A stretch of DNA of 45,826 bases. It comes from a bacterium (lineage in GTDB: Bacteria > Patescibacteriota > Microgenomatia > Levybacterales > UBA12049). The translations under genes were made by a program, and so were the position numbers. Position 1 is the stretch's first letter; every line of letters starts with the position of its first letter. Shown here piece by piece: positions 19,192 to 27,952 of this stretch. Location: NCBI GenBank assembly GCA_021777565.1, contig JAJYDJ010000001.1, forward strand, positions 314,856-360,681, given 5' to 3'. The notes below the pieces were generated by a model. That model saw nothing but the letters and a program-made list of their open reading frames with translations. It had not been told where the DNA came from and did no database searches.

Positions 19192-20808
19192 CTATGGTGT
19201 TGGGGTATCAAGTGCAGACGTCGATGCACTTGCGTCAGGAAAAAGTGCATTAATCTCTTGTTGTGTTAATGGAGTCCATGGAGAGGCATCAGGGTTGGCA
19301 CTTGCTGCTTCAGGACTTTGGCCTTGATTCCACCACTTTGCCTGATAAGGAACTCCATTAAGAAGTACACGTTGTCCAGCTTGGTAGATATCAGTTCCAG
19401 ACCAGTCGGGATATGTCCCCGCTGGAAGTGTTGGCTGTGGAATTGGCTTTTCTCCAGGGAGGACGGGTCCTAAAAGCTGCCAAGGAGTTTGCCATGATTG
19501 CAGTACTGGATTATCTGGCATTTCTCCCCTTGTCCACCATTTCGCTTGATATACATTATGATGCCAGACTACTTTTGTCCCAGTAAGATATGATGATGTT
19601 TCGTCCCAAATTTCGTAGGGACTTGTATTGGGATCATCTGGAGTTTGTATACTCGCATCTGCATCCTGTGTCGTAACAACTGCCGCGTTTTGTTGTAATG
19701 TCCCGGTAAAGTCTTTGCTCAGTGTCTGTGCAAATGCATATTTCCCTTGTTTTACACCACTGCAAGAATCAGATACGATTTTTGTATCAACATAATTATC
19801 TCCACAAGGAATATCTCTGTTGGCAGACCACATAGACATTCTTCCCAGTCCTTGTTGTGTCGCAAATGTGTTGAGTGTGGTTGCATCATCAAGGGTAACT
19901 ATTTCATCACTCGTATCATTTTGCCCGATCATTACGGTGGTACCAATTTTTCTCCAGAGTGTTGCACTATTGAGGTTGATTCCTGCTTGCTTATAGAGTA
20001 TACCCAGTTGACGATGTGTTTCGTTTAATGCTTTCTCTGATGCTTGCTCCATGGTGTCATTCTTATCTTTACTATTTCCATAATCCATTGTCATGACATT
20101 GATACCGGAAACATCTACTTTTGCGGCGAGCATGGCAGCAATTGCATTTGTCCCTTCAACACTCAACCCTTGTGGACTGACAGGGAGTGTTAGCCAAACA
20201 GCGAGATTTTGTTTGGCAGCTCTTTTTTGTTGTTGAAGGAGTGCGATGGCTGTCGCGCGTCTTTTCATAGCATCTGTGTCGTTGAGCCCATCGCCCTCAA
20301 GATCCAGATCAATGGTATCGACAGTGTATCTATCTACCACTTCCTGATAGGCAGCCTTTAGTGTGTCAATGTTTTTACATGTGAGCGCCAATTCTTGATT
20401 TCTTTGTCCACCAAAAGAAACCGTAATATTACCCCCTTCTTGTCTCAGTCTGGCTATTCGTCTGTCCATGTCCAGTCCTCCACGTGCCTGATCCAGCGTG
20501 TAGGATGCTCCCCATGTCGGCATGCATCCATCATTAGGAGAGGCAACAATAAATGAGAGAACGAATGTTTTTGGAGTGCCAGGTGCAAGTTGCTCAAACG
20601 CATATCGTGGAGTAGCTGTGACATCAACATATGATGCAAACCATGGCTTATGTCCTGCCGTAATGCGACTATCTTGCCAATGTAAAAATCCCAAATAGAT
20701 TCCGCCAGCAATGCCAATGAGGATAAGAATTGCAAGAAGTACTCTCCAAGGAGAAAGTCTTCTTTGTGGAGTATCTACCACAACTGATTGTGTTTTCTTT
20801 TTCGTCAT
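19192..20808 (-). CDS. GH18 chitinase-like protein with an N-terminal TM anchor and two C-terminal chitin-binding (CBM5/12) modules
   Basis: Catalytic DTIDLDLE (DxxDxDxE), SFGG, INVMTMDYG, SMWSANRD; two W...Y..G..V...YQAKWW modules. ATG 20808 overlaps the upstream TGA. Confidence 0.9.
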   Translation of the reverse strand: MTKKKTQSVVVDTPQRRLSPWRVLLAILILIGIAGGIYLGFLHWQDSRITAGHKPWFASYVDVTATPRYAFEQLAPGTPKTFVLSFIVASPNDGCMPTWGASYTLDQARGGLDMDRRIARLRQEGGNITVSFGGQRNQELALTCKNIDTLKAAYQEVVDRYTVDTIDLDLEGDGLNDTDAMKRRATAIALLQQQKRAAKQNLAVWLTLPVSPQGLSVEGTNAIAAMLAAKVDVSGINVMTMDYGNSKDKNDTMEQASEKALNETHRQLGILYKQAGINLNSATLWRKIGTTVMIGQNDTSDEIVTLDDATTLNTFATQQGLGRMSMWSANRDIPCGDNYVDTKIVSDSCSGVKQGKYAFAQTLSKDFTGTLQQNAAVVTTQDADASIQTPDDPNTSPYEIWDETSSYLTGTKVVWHHNVYQAKWWTRGEMPDNPVLQSWQTPWQLLGPVLPGEKPIPQPTLPAGTYPDWSGTDIYQAGQRVLLNGVPYQAKWWNQGQSPEAASANPDASPWTPLTQQEINALFPDASASTSALDTPTP

Positions 20809-23102
20809 GACACACTTACCTTTCCTGTTGTACCTATGAGATCTCCAAGTGATTGATGTGGGACTGTTCCATTCTCTTCTCCATGATAGAGAATAACACG
20901 CCAATCTCTTACTTGTTTCCCTGCCTTGGCTGGTGTTACCGCTTTTGTCTTTCCATCTACATACAACCAATCAGTAAGACCAAACCATGTGTCTTGCAAA
21001 AGTTCCCAAAGCCCGATGTAGGAGATGATTGCCCAAGTAGCAAAAAATGCATTCAGTCCGGCAAATGCTGCATTTGCCCAGTTCTGACTTTCGACATTTC
21101 TCCATATGGTAAAGAGTGAGAATGCTACAATCGCAACAGGGGTAAGAACGTAAATAATACCTGCTGAGGTACGATCATTGATTTTTGGCGTACGAGCAAA
21201 TGGGATTTTCTTTCCGGTCAATGATTGTTCAATTGATTTCACTACACCAGCAAGATTGACAAAAAGAAGTATGAGGTTGAACCCGTAAATACGAAATACG
21301 TCGCTATAACGGTAGCCATTATATTTCAAATCTGATGCCATAGAAAGAAAATATGGCATAGCGGCAAGAAGAACCAACGGACTCAACAATCGCCCATCGT
21401 AGGGGTATGCAAGGATGAAAAGCCCACCAAAAGAAGACCAGGCAATGGAGGCCATATAATTCACACGAAGTAGGACTTCTGTTCGAGAAATTAACTCATT
21501 ACGGTTCTTGCGTGCGCGAATAGTTGCCCATAATTTAGGAAGAATAAGAAGTCCACCATTTGCCCAACGTCGACGTTGCACTACCAATGCCCCAAAATCT
21601 GGTGGTGTTGCACTATAACTGAGTCTTTCTGGATAGTTGATAAGAGTCCACCCGTGCAGTGCCAAGTCGATACTGGACTCAGTGTCTTCAATAACAGTTC
21701 TGTCCTGAATATATCGTTTTATTTCAAAACCTCCTATATATTCTTTTTCAACAATGTCCTCCAGCGCGAGTTTGCGAATAACGGCATTTGCTCCTACCCA
21801 GAAGGTGGCACCATAGTGAGTAAACCCTTGGTGCAGAAGATGTTGGATATCGGTGGTTGCTCCAGACAAGCGCTCAATACGAGAATAGGCACCTCTAAAT
21901 GATGAATAAGGTGTTTGAGTAACAGCAACTTTTTCATTGCCAGGTTGTTGAAGGAAATACACCAGACGAAGACAATAATCTCGTAAAAGGATTGAATCGG
22001 CATCAAGAGTTAAAAGGAATTCACTATCAGGAATGATAACATTCCCTTGCTGTCTTTTTTCTACAGGCATCAAAAGAAGTCCTTCAGGGGTTTTCTCTTC
22101 CCGATACGTTCCTCCCATAAGTCCAATATATGAATTAAGATTCATCGCTTTGTTGGCTTCATGTGAAAGCGATGCATATTTTTTTCTCTCAAATGTTGCA
22201 ACTTTCGCTTGGAATATCCATACCAATCGACGATATAGTTGGTGAATTCTCTCTGCTGCAAGTGGAGCGCCTTCTTTGATAGACATCTCGAGTGCTTCAC
22301 TCACTAGTGAAAGGTCCTTTGCCAATTCTCCAAATACCTGTTCAGTAAAGAAAACATCAACGTGGTCGTGGACTTCTTCTTTCTTTGCTGCTTTTACAAG
22401 CCAATTTGCAGCCCAGGCATATTGTGCTGAGAGATCTTTTACTACTTCTGTCGGGATAGCTTCTTTACTGGCATATCTTTTCTCAAATTGTGTGAGCGCT
22501 TTGTATACGTGTCTGTATGGTGTAGAGAGAAACTTTTCAATGTCTTTCCCAAGGGCTCTTGTCTGGTTGAGTCGAGCAAGAACATTTGGATTAGTAGGAT
22601 TTGGGTTATCATCAATGAGAAGAACGACGCGCATTGAAGGATACTCTTGCAGTGCTGCTGATAAAAGAGTTTTGCGAATGACACTTGTCTCCTCACTGTA
22701 GGATGGTACAAGTACGGTGATTGATGGTTGATGCTTCGCAAAGTATTTATCTAGCAGTGTTCGTGGGACCCGTACATGTTTACTAAATCTCTGTAATGCC
22801 CCTTGGCGGGCAATCAGATACATGAGGGCCGAGAAGGTAAGGAATGTAACTACCAAGGAATAACTAAATGCTTCAACAGTAAAGTTATAATTTTTGGGAC
22901 CCTCAAGGAGTTGTTTGAAAATAATTGAACTAATATAAAGTGCCCAGAATATGACCGTTGCAACAATAGCAACACGACTGAGAGCAATTTTGAGCGTTGA
23001 TGGTTTCTCATGCATCATGGGGAGTGGTGTCATACTTCTCTCAGTCCCCCATTGACGCTTGCGTGTTTCTTTTATTTTCTTATGTGTTTTAAATAACTTC
23101 AT
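20805..23102 (-). CDS. Processive membrane GT2 polysaccharide synthase (cellulose/chitin synthase-like)
   Basis: VLVPSYSE, LIDD, NKAMNLN, TLDADS, QTPY, IEDT, QRRRW; TM helices at both ends; SD AGGAGA before ATG 23102. Confidence 0.9.
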   Translation of the reverse strand: MKLFKTHKKIKETRKRQWGTERSMTPLPMMHEKPSTLKIALSRVAIVATVIFWALYISSIIFKQLLEGPKNYNFTVEAFSYSLVVTFLTFSALMYLIARQGALQRFSKHVRVPRTLLDKYFAKHQPSITVLVPSYSEETSVIRKTLLSAALQEYPSMRVVLLIDDNPNPTNPNVLARLNQTRALGKDIEKFLSTPYRHVYKALTQFEKRYASKEAIPTEVVKDLSAQYAWAANWLVKAAKKEEVHDHVDVFFTEQVFGELAKDLSLVSEALEMSIKEGAPLAAERIHQLYRRLVWIFQAKVATFERKKYASLSHEANKAMNLNSYIGLMGGTYREEKTPEGLLLMPVEKRQQGNVIIPDSEFLLTLDADSILLRDYCLRLVYFLQQPGNEKVAVTQTPYSSFRGAYSRIERLSGATTDIQHLLHQGFTHYGATFWVGANAVIRKLALEDIVEKEYIGGFEIKRYIQDRTVIEDTESSIDLALHGWTLINYPERLSYSATPPDFGALVVQRRRWANGGLLILPKLWATIRARKNRNELISRTEVLLRVNYMASIAWSSFGGLFILAYPYDGRLLSPLVLLAAMPYFLSMASDLKYNGYRYSDVFRIYGFNLILLFVNLAGVVKSIEQSLTGKKIPFARTPKINDRTSAGIIYVLTPVAIVAFSLFTIWRNVESQNWANAAFAGLNAFFATWAIISYIGLWELLQDTWFGLTDWLYVDGKTKAVTPAKAGKQVRDWRVILYHGEENGTVPHQSLGDLIGTTGKVSVS

Positions 23103-23135
23103 CTCATTCTCCTGTGGGATAGAACATCCCATATC

Positions 23136-23151
23136 TGTGATATAAATCACA
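23136..23151. promoter_or_regulatory. Palindromic site TGTGA-N6-TCACA (CRP/FNR-family consensus) upstream of the GT2 gene
   Basis: TGTGA TATAAA TCACA, 34-49 nt upstream of ATG 23102. Confidence 0.4.
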
Positions 23152-23259
23152 TAGTCTAACTTGATGAATTATATATCAGACTAGTACAGACTGCAATGAT
23201 GTTTTGTGACCAACACAGATAATTAGTAACTTATAGTCTTTTGAATATGAGATTGAGGC

Positions 23260-23907
23260 CTAGAAAAGAGTTTTTATATGTTCTGCTAATTGGAGCCCGA
23301 GGACGTGATTATCTCGTTCGCTCAGATGAATGCCATCTATTTCTGAGGCGGCAATGAGGCTAGATGTGTCCAAGAAATAGAGGCCGTTTTTCTCGGCATA
23401 GGACTTAAAAAATCCTGGAAGCTCTCGTATCTTCTCTTCTGAGCCTTTGAAGATGTTTTGAAAAGCCTTATAGGAATCTTCTTCTTTAATTGGAGGTGGT
23501 GCCATGATAAGTATTTTTGGCATCGGGAAATTTAGGTGTTCACACCACCATTTAAGTTTCTCTTGGTAGCTATCAAGTCCAGAGACAATTTCTTCAGGAG
23601 ATTTTTGTGAACCACTGTTGGCATCATTGGTCCCGAGGAAAATAATCAGTAAATCAAATGGAAGATGACTTCCTATGATAGGGCCAAACTGCTCTGCCCC
23701 ATTGCGGTAGGGAAAGAACGCATTCTCCCCAACAAGCATTCTCCCTCGAAGGCCTTCTTCAATGACTTCATAACTTTCCCCTAACTCTTGCTGGAGGACG
23801 CCAGTAAATCGCTTGGTATTGGGGTAGCGAAGACCACCAGGGATTTTGCCGAAGGTATATGAATCACCAAAGATGAGGATGCGTTTTGGATTTTCTGTAG
23901 TATTCAT
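23260..23907 (-). CDS. SGNH/GDSL hydrolase
   Basis: Block I FGDSYT, block II EEGLRGR, block III FLGTND, block V DGIH. Confidence 0.92.
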   Translation of the reverse strand: MNTTENPKRILIFGDSYTFGKIPGGLRYPNTKRFTGVLQQELGESYEVIEEGLRGRMLVGENAFFPYRNGAEQFGPIIGSHLPFDLLIIFLGTNDANSGSQKSPEEIVSGLDSYQEKLKWWCEHLNFPMPKILIMAPPPIKEEDSYKAFQNIFKGSEEKIRELPGFFKSYAEKNGLYFLDTSSLIAASEIDGIHLSERDNHVLGLQLAEHIKTLF

Positions 23908-23976
23908 ATGAAGTGCTGCTGAGTCTTTTGCAAGGATCATAGACCTAGATTGCTAACGCAACGAGACTCAGCGATT

Positions 23977-24014
23977 CTCATGCAAATACTCGCATTCTCG
24001 AGTTTTCCCATGAG
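23977..24014 (-). terminator. Hairpin that would be the tRNA-Gln 3' trailer/terminator in the empty site
   Basis: CTCATG-caaat-ACTCG-cattct-CGAGT-tttcc-CATGAG abuts the left crossover core. Confidence 0.45.
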
Positions 24015-24040
24015 CTGCGGGCAATGGACTACATTAGAAC
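24014..24040. repeat. Left junction: GCTGC core plus P' arm
   Basis: GCTGC (24014-24018) then GGGCAATGGACTACATTAGAAC; mirrors the arm at 39258-39280. Confidence 0.7.
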
Positions 24041-24114
24041 CTATTATACACAACTTTCGCTCTCACGGTCATATTGATTAACTATTATAAGCAGCAAACA
24101 GTTATATTGATAAT

Positions 24115-24888
24115 ATGGCGCGTGTTGTAAATATTTACAGGTATAAAACTACTAATATTGGCGATCGTTACTCATCGCCATCTTTATATTTTGATTGGCT
24201 ACGTGATGCCGATACAACTGATATCTGGACAGAAAACATAGGTAAATCAATTAATGACATTCGTAAGAAAGTTCTTATTTTGGGTGGTGGAGGTTTAATA
24301 GCAAATCATGACTTTGAAAAGTCAGTTGCTTGGCTAAGTAATGCGCCTTTTGTAAAGAAAGTAATTTGGGGAGCAGGGCACAATACCCATGGTACAGATA
24401 GGATAGAGAAAGTTAGTAGATATATTAACAAGTTTGATCTTGTAGGAATCCGAGATATAGGTACTAAATATACATGGGTACCTTGCGTAAGCTGTATGCA
24501 CAAATTATTCGATATTGAGTATGCCACCAAACATGAGATTGTGGTATATGAGCACAGAAGCTTCCCTTTAGACATAAATATTTACCCTAAGCACAATAAT
24601 CGTTCAGATAACTTGGAGGAAGTACTTGCCTTCTTGGGTTCTGGAGAAACTATTATTACAAATAGCTATCATGGTGCATATTGGGCAACTTTACTTAGGA
24701 GAAAAGTTATTCTCATAGATCCGTTCTCTTCAAAATTTAGTAGAATGAATTACTCTCCGATTATTTCAACTAGTCATGAGTATAAAAAATATCTTAAAGA
24801 TACCAGAATATATCCAAATGCATTAGAAGAATGTAGAAAAATCAATATTGATTTCGCAGAGAGTGTAAAAAGGATGGTTTTTTCTTAA
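24115..24888 (+). CDS. Polysaccharide pyruvyl transferase-like protein
   Basis: ILGGGGLI, IWGAG, VGIRD, VPCVS, ITNSYHGAYWATLL. Confidence 0.7.
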   Translation: MARVVNIYRYKTTNIGDRYSSPSLYFDWLRDADTTDIWTENIGKSINDIRKKVLILGGGGLIANHDFEKSVAWLSNAPFVKKVIWGAGHNTHGTDRIEKVSRYINKFDLVGIRDIGTKYTWVPCVSCMHKLFDIEYATKHEIVVYEHRSFPLDINIYPKHNNRSDNLEEVLAFLGSGETIITNSYHGAYWATLLRRKVILIDPFSSKFSRMNYSPIISTSHEYKKYLKDTRIYPNALEECRKINIDFAESVKRMVFS

Positions 24889-24904
24889 CATCCTTGTAGA
24901 AGAG

Positions 24905-25426
24905 TTATCTATGCAACTGCTTCCATAGATCAGTAGCATCTTGAAACATTGCTTTTCCTAAATCTCCCCATGGAACAAACTCATGAACGTTTGCACTAGG
25001 AACAAAATCTCTTTCCCACGTTTTTCCATTATCAGGATCTGGACGTGAAGGTGATAATTCATCGAGATCACAAATCATTCGCGCTTGGTAAAAGATATCT
25101 CCTTCGACAGTATTTGGATTATTTGGGTATGTTACTTTTTGTACCCCAAGTATACGAATGTTCTTAACAGTAATTGTTACCTCCTCATCAAGTTCACGTA
25201 TAAGTGTTTCTTCAATTGATTCTACTCCCTCTGGTTTCCCCCCAGGTATTTGCCATTTACCAGTATTGACAGATCGGCAGATTAGTATCTCACCTTTATT
25301 GTTAAAGCATATTCCATATACTTGAGTAATCGGTAGAAATGTATCTTTTTGATCTGTGCGTATCCATTCAAGATTAATAGTAGTGCCTTCATATACATAT
25401 GAGGATTGGGGATTTTTAGTATCCAT
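24905..25426 (-). CDS. NUDIX hydrolase (paralog of 33801-34340)
   Basis: IPGGKPEGVESIEETLIRELDEEV. Confidence 0.9.
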   Translation of the reverse strand: MDTKNPQSSYVYEGTTINLEWIRTDQKDTFLPITQVYGICFNNKGEILICRSVNTGKWQIPGGKPEGVESIEETLIRELDEEVTITVKNIRILGVQKVTYPNNPNTVEGDIFYQARMICDLDELSPSRPDPDNGKTWERDFVPSANVHEFVPWGDLGKAMFQDATDLWKQLHR

Positions 25427-25486
25427 ATATCAATAATAACAGAAATACATATTGTATTCAATAAACTGGTACGATAGAATGTCCAC

Positions 25487-26446
25487 ATGCAAACAGCATT
25501 GATATGTGGGGCAAGTGGTTTTATTGGCACTCACCTTGTTAGACGACTTAAAAATGAAGGCTACTGGGTAAGAGGAGTGGATATTAAAGCACCTGAGTTT
25601 AGTGACTCAACAGCAAATGAGTTTTTTCTTCTCGATTTAAGAAAGGAGCAAGATTGTATAAAAGCATTAACTTTAGCTGACGGATTCGATGAAGTATATC
25701 AATTGGCAGCCGACATGGGAGGCATGGGATATATTGAATCTGCGGAGTGTGAGATTATGCATAATAATGTATTAATCAATACATATATGATTGATCAAGC
25801 AATTAAATTGAAAGCAAAGAAGTATTTTTATTCTTCATCAGCTTGCGTATATAGGGATATGAAAATTGGCGAAGATGCATTAACTGAAGAAGAAGCGTAT
25901 CCTGCACTTCCTGATAATGAATATGGTTGGGAGAAATTATATTCAGAGAGGGTTGTTAGTGCGTATGGTCGCAAATATGGAATCACTGTGAAAATATCTA
26001 GATTTCAAAACTGCTATGGTCCAGAAGGCGCATGGATTGGTGGAAGAGAAAAGGCTCCAGCAGCAATTTGTAGGAAAATAGCAGAAGCCCAAGATGGTGG
26101 TACAATTGAAGTGTGGGGCGATGGGACTGCTGTTAGATCCTTTATGTATATAGATGACTTACTTGATGGCATTCGCTTATTAATGAATTCGAATGTCTCA
26201 GAGCCTGTACATATTGGCAGCCCTGAATATGTCTCAGTTAATCAATTGGTAGAGGTAGTTTCTATGATAGCTAAAAAAAGAATAAATATAAAGTATGTTA
26301 GTGGTCCTCGAGGTGCAGAATCACGTAATATTAGTAATGAAAAAATATATGCTCTTGGTTGGAAGCCAAAGTTCTCTTTAGAAGATGGGATTAGATTAAT
26401 GTATCCATGGGTGGAAGAACAGGTATTACATTGTAAATATACATGA
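25487..26446 (+). CDS. NAD-dependent epimerase, GDP-mannose 3',5'-epimerase-like extended SDR
   Basis: GASGFIG, QLAADMGGMG, SSSACVY, YGWEK (YxxxK), GGREKAPAAICRK, WGDG. Confidence 0.88.
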   Translation: MQTALICGASGFIGTHLVRRLKNEGYWVRGVDIKAPEFSDSTANEFFLLDLRKEQDCIKALTLADGFDEVYQLAADMGGMGYIESAECEIMHNNVLINTYMIDQAIKLKAKKYFYSSSACVYRDMKIGEDALTEEEAYPALPDNEYGWEKLYSERVVSAYGRKYGITVKISRFQNCYGPEGAWIGGREKAPAAICRKIAEAQDGGTIEVWGDGTAVRSFMYIDDLLDGIRLLMNSNVSEPVHIGSPEYVSVNQLVEVVSMIAKKRINIKYVSGPRGAESRNISNEKIYALGWKPKFSLEDGIRLMYPWVEEQVLHCKYT

Positions 26447-27102
26447 AATTATTCATATTTGATTTTGATGGACCGATTAATAATCTAACAGAATCCAAAA
26501 AAGCTGCTTTACAGAAGATATCGCAGAAATTAAAGCTTGAAATGCCTCCTTTAACACAGTGGCATTTTATTAATTACATAGATCAGATCTATGAAGCGGA
26601 GAAAGAGTTCGATTATCAAAGGTTAGTTTCAAAAGTGTTAAGAAAGTTAGTACGCGAAAATCTTCTGCAAATCTCCGATACGACTATAGAAGACTTTGCA
26701 AGAATATTTAGTGAATTGCTATCGAAAAATATGATTATTCACCCAAACCTTGAGCAAATAATTGCTGGATATAAAAAGAATGGGGATGTTCAATGTTGTA
26801 TATACACAAATCAAAAACGTGAATATATTATCAATCTTCTCAAGGAGAACCATATTGACGAAACAATTTTTGAAGCAATCTATGGTAGAGAAATGTTTGA
26901 TGAAGTTAAACCTTCCATGAAAAATCTGATGCAAATTGCAAACGACTTTAGAGCTGAATATCAAGATGTGACTGTATTTGGAGATCGAGTCGTTCTCGAC
27001 TTAGAACCAGCAGCATATCTGGGTATGCGTACGGTATTGGTCAATAGATTTGTCTCAACCGCCGTTTTTTCTTTAGAAGACTTTACTGAAGATTCTCAAT
27101 AA
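26443..27102 (+). CDS. HAD-family phosphatase
   Basis: FDFDG (motif I), YTN, KP, VFGDRVVLD. Confidence 0.88.
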   Translation: MKLFIFDFDGPINNLTESKKAALQKISQKLKLEMPPLTQWHFINYIDQIYEAEKEFDYQRLVSKVLRKLVRENLLQISDTTIEDFARIFSELLSKNMIIHPNLEQIIAGYKKNGDVQCCIYTNQKREYIINLLKENHIDETIFEAIYGREMFDEVKPSMKNLMQIANDFRAEYQDVTVFGDRVVLDLEPAAYLGMRTVLVNRFVSTAVFSLEDFTEDSQ

Positions 27103-27952
27103 ATTGAGAGATTTGTGTTAAAGAACCCTGAATGTAATAACAAGGAATAGTCTCAGCAATAGATATAGCGAAATTCAATCTTGCTTGTGCAATTGACTGC
27201 GTGTCAAGGGATCTTAGTGGAGTGGTCATGTTGAAAATAGATCCGTTGATTAACCGTATATCCTTTGTAAGTTCTTCATATAGCATCCATTTCGTTTGAT
27301 CTAAAGAATATAACTTCGCAACTAAATTGTCAGCGTCATTAGTAACAACAGGTATGATAATATATGATAGCTTCGGAGGTGTTGATACGTTAACAATTTC
27401 TATCTCACTTTGAACATTCATATAATCGGATAATCTCTCTTTAGTTTTACTCTCGATATAAATCTTTTTCGTTTGTCCAGAGAAACCAATAGTAGCCGAG
27501 TTAAGAGAAGTCTTCTCATCTGAATATAAAGTGTACCCGTTTATTTTACATAGAAAAAGAGCTGTAGATGTTTTCCCCAGTCCTGTGAGATTTCCCATAA
27601 AGAGTATGCCCTTCCCATTTTTATGTATTGCCGACGAGTGAATAGTGTATATCCCAATCTCTTGACGATTTCTTTCTAAAATAGATTCACAGAGTACAAT
27701 TATGTCTGAGCTAGTATAGTCATTGTTAAAAACACCTTGGATATATGCTTTTGATTTATTGAGTCTATATTTTTTCAACTCTAAATTAACAACATCGATC
27801 TTACTCGTAGGATAGTTATCTAACTTTAAATCAGGTATAAACTTATACAACAAAGAGTTGTTAAGGATAGCATCCCAAATTAACTGGTGATCGATACCCT
27901 GCGTAATAATCTCTATCCCAAAGGTTTGTGAACCAATTGTTTTATAATTCAT
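27083..27952 (-). CDS. HPr-kinase/PEPCK-like P-loop kinase
   Basis: IHSSAI, GNLTGLGKTS (Walker A-like), LYSDE (Walker B-like). Confidence 0.6.
   Translation of the reverse strand: MNYKTIGSQTFGIEIITQGIDHQLIWDAILNNSLLYKFIPDLKLDNYPTSKIDVVNLELKKYRLNKSKAYIQGVFNNDYTSSDIIVLCESILERNRQEIGIYTIHSSAIHKNGKGILFMGNLTGLGKTSTALFLCKINGYTLYSDEKTSLNSATIGFSGQTKKIYIESKTKERLSDYMNVQSEIEIVNVSTPPKLSYIIIPVVTNDADNLVAKLYSLDQTKWMLYEELTKDIRLINGSIFNMTTPLRSLDTQSIAQARLNFAISIAETIPCYYIQGSLTQISQFIENLQ

Noticed and set aside
4439-23940. Long N-terminal extensions in the ORF track (e.g. 4439, 4490, 5673, 11437, 12687, 13391, 16331, 17354, 17922, 20970, 23150, 23940)
   Set aside because: They overlap neighbouring genes or promoters. 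Downstream ATGs coincide with the -10 or SD signals and with domain starts.
23946-24077. A separate small gene in the frame ending at TGA 24077
   Set aside because: The frame spans the junction and has no credible start upstream of the core. It is better explained as the displaced recombinase tail.
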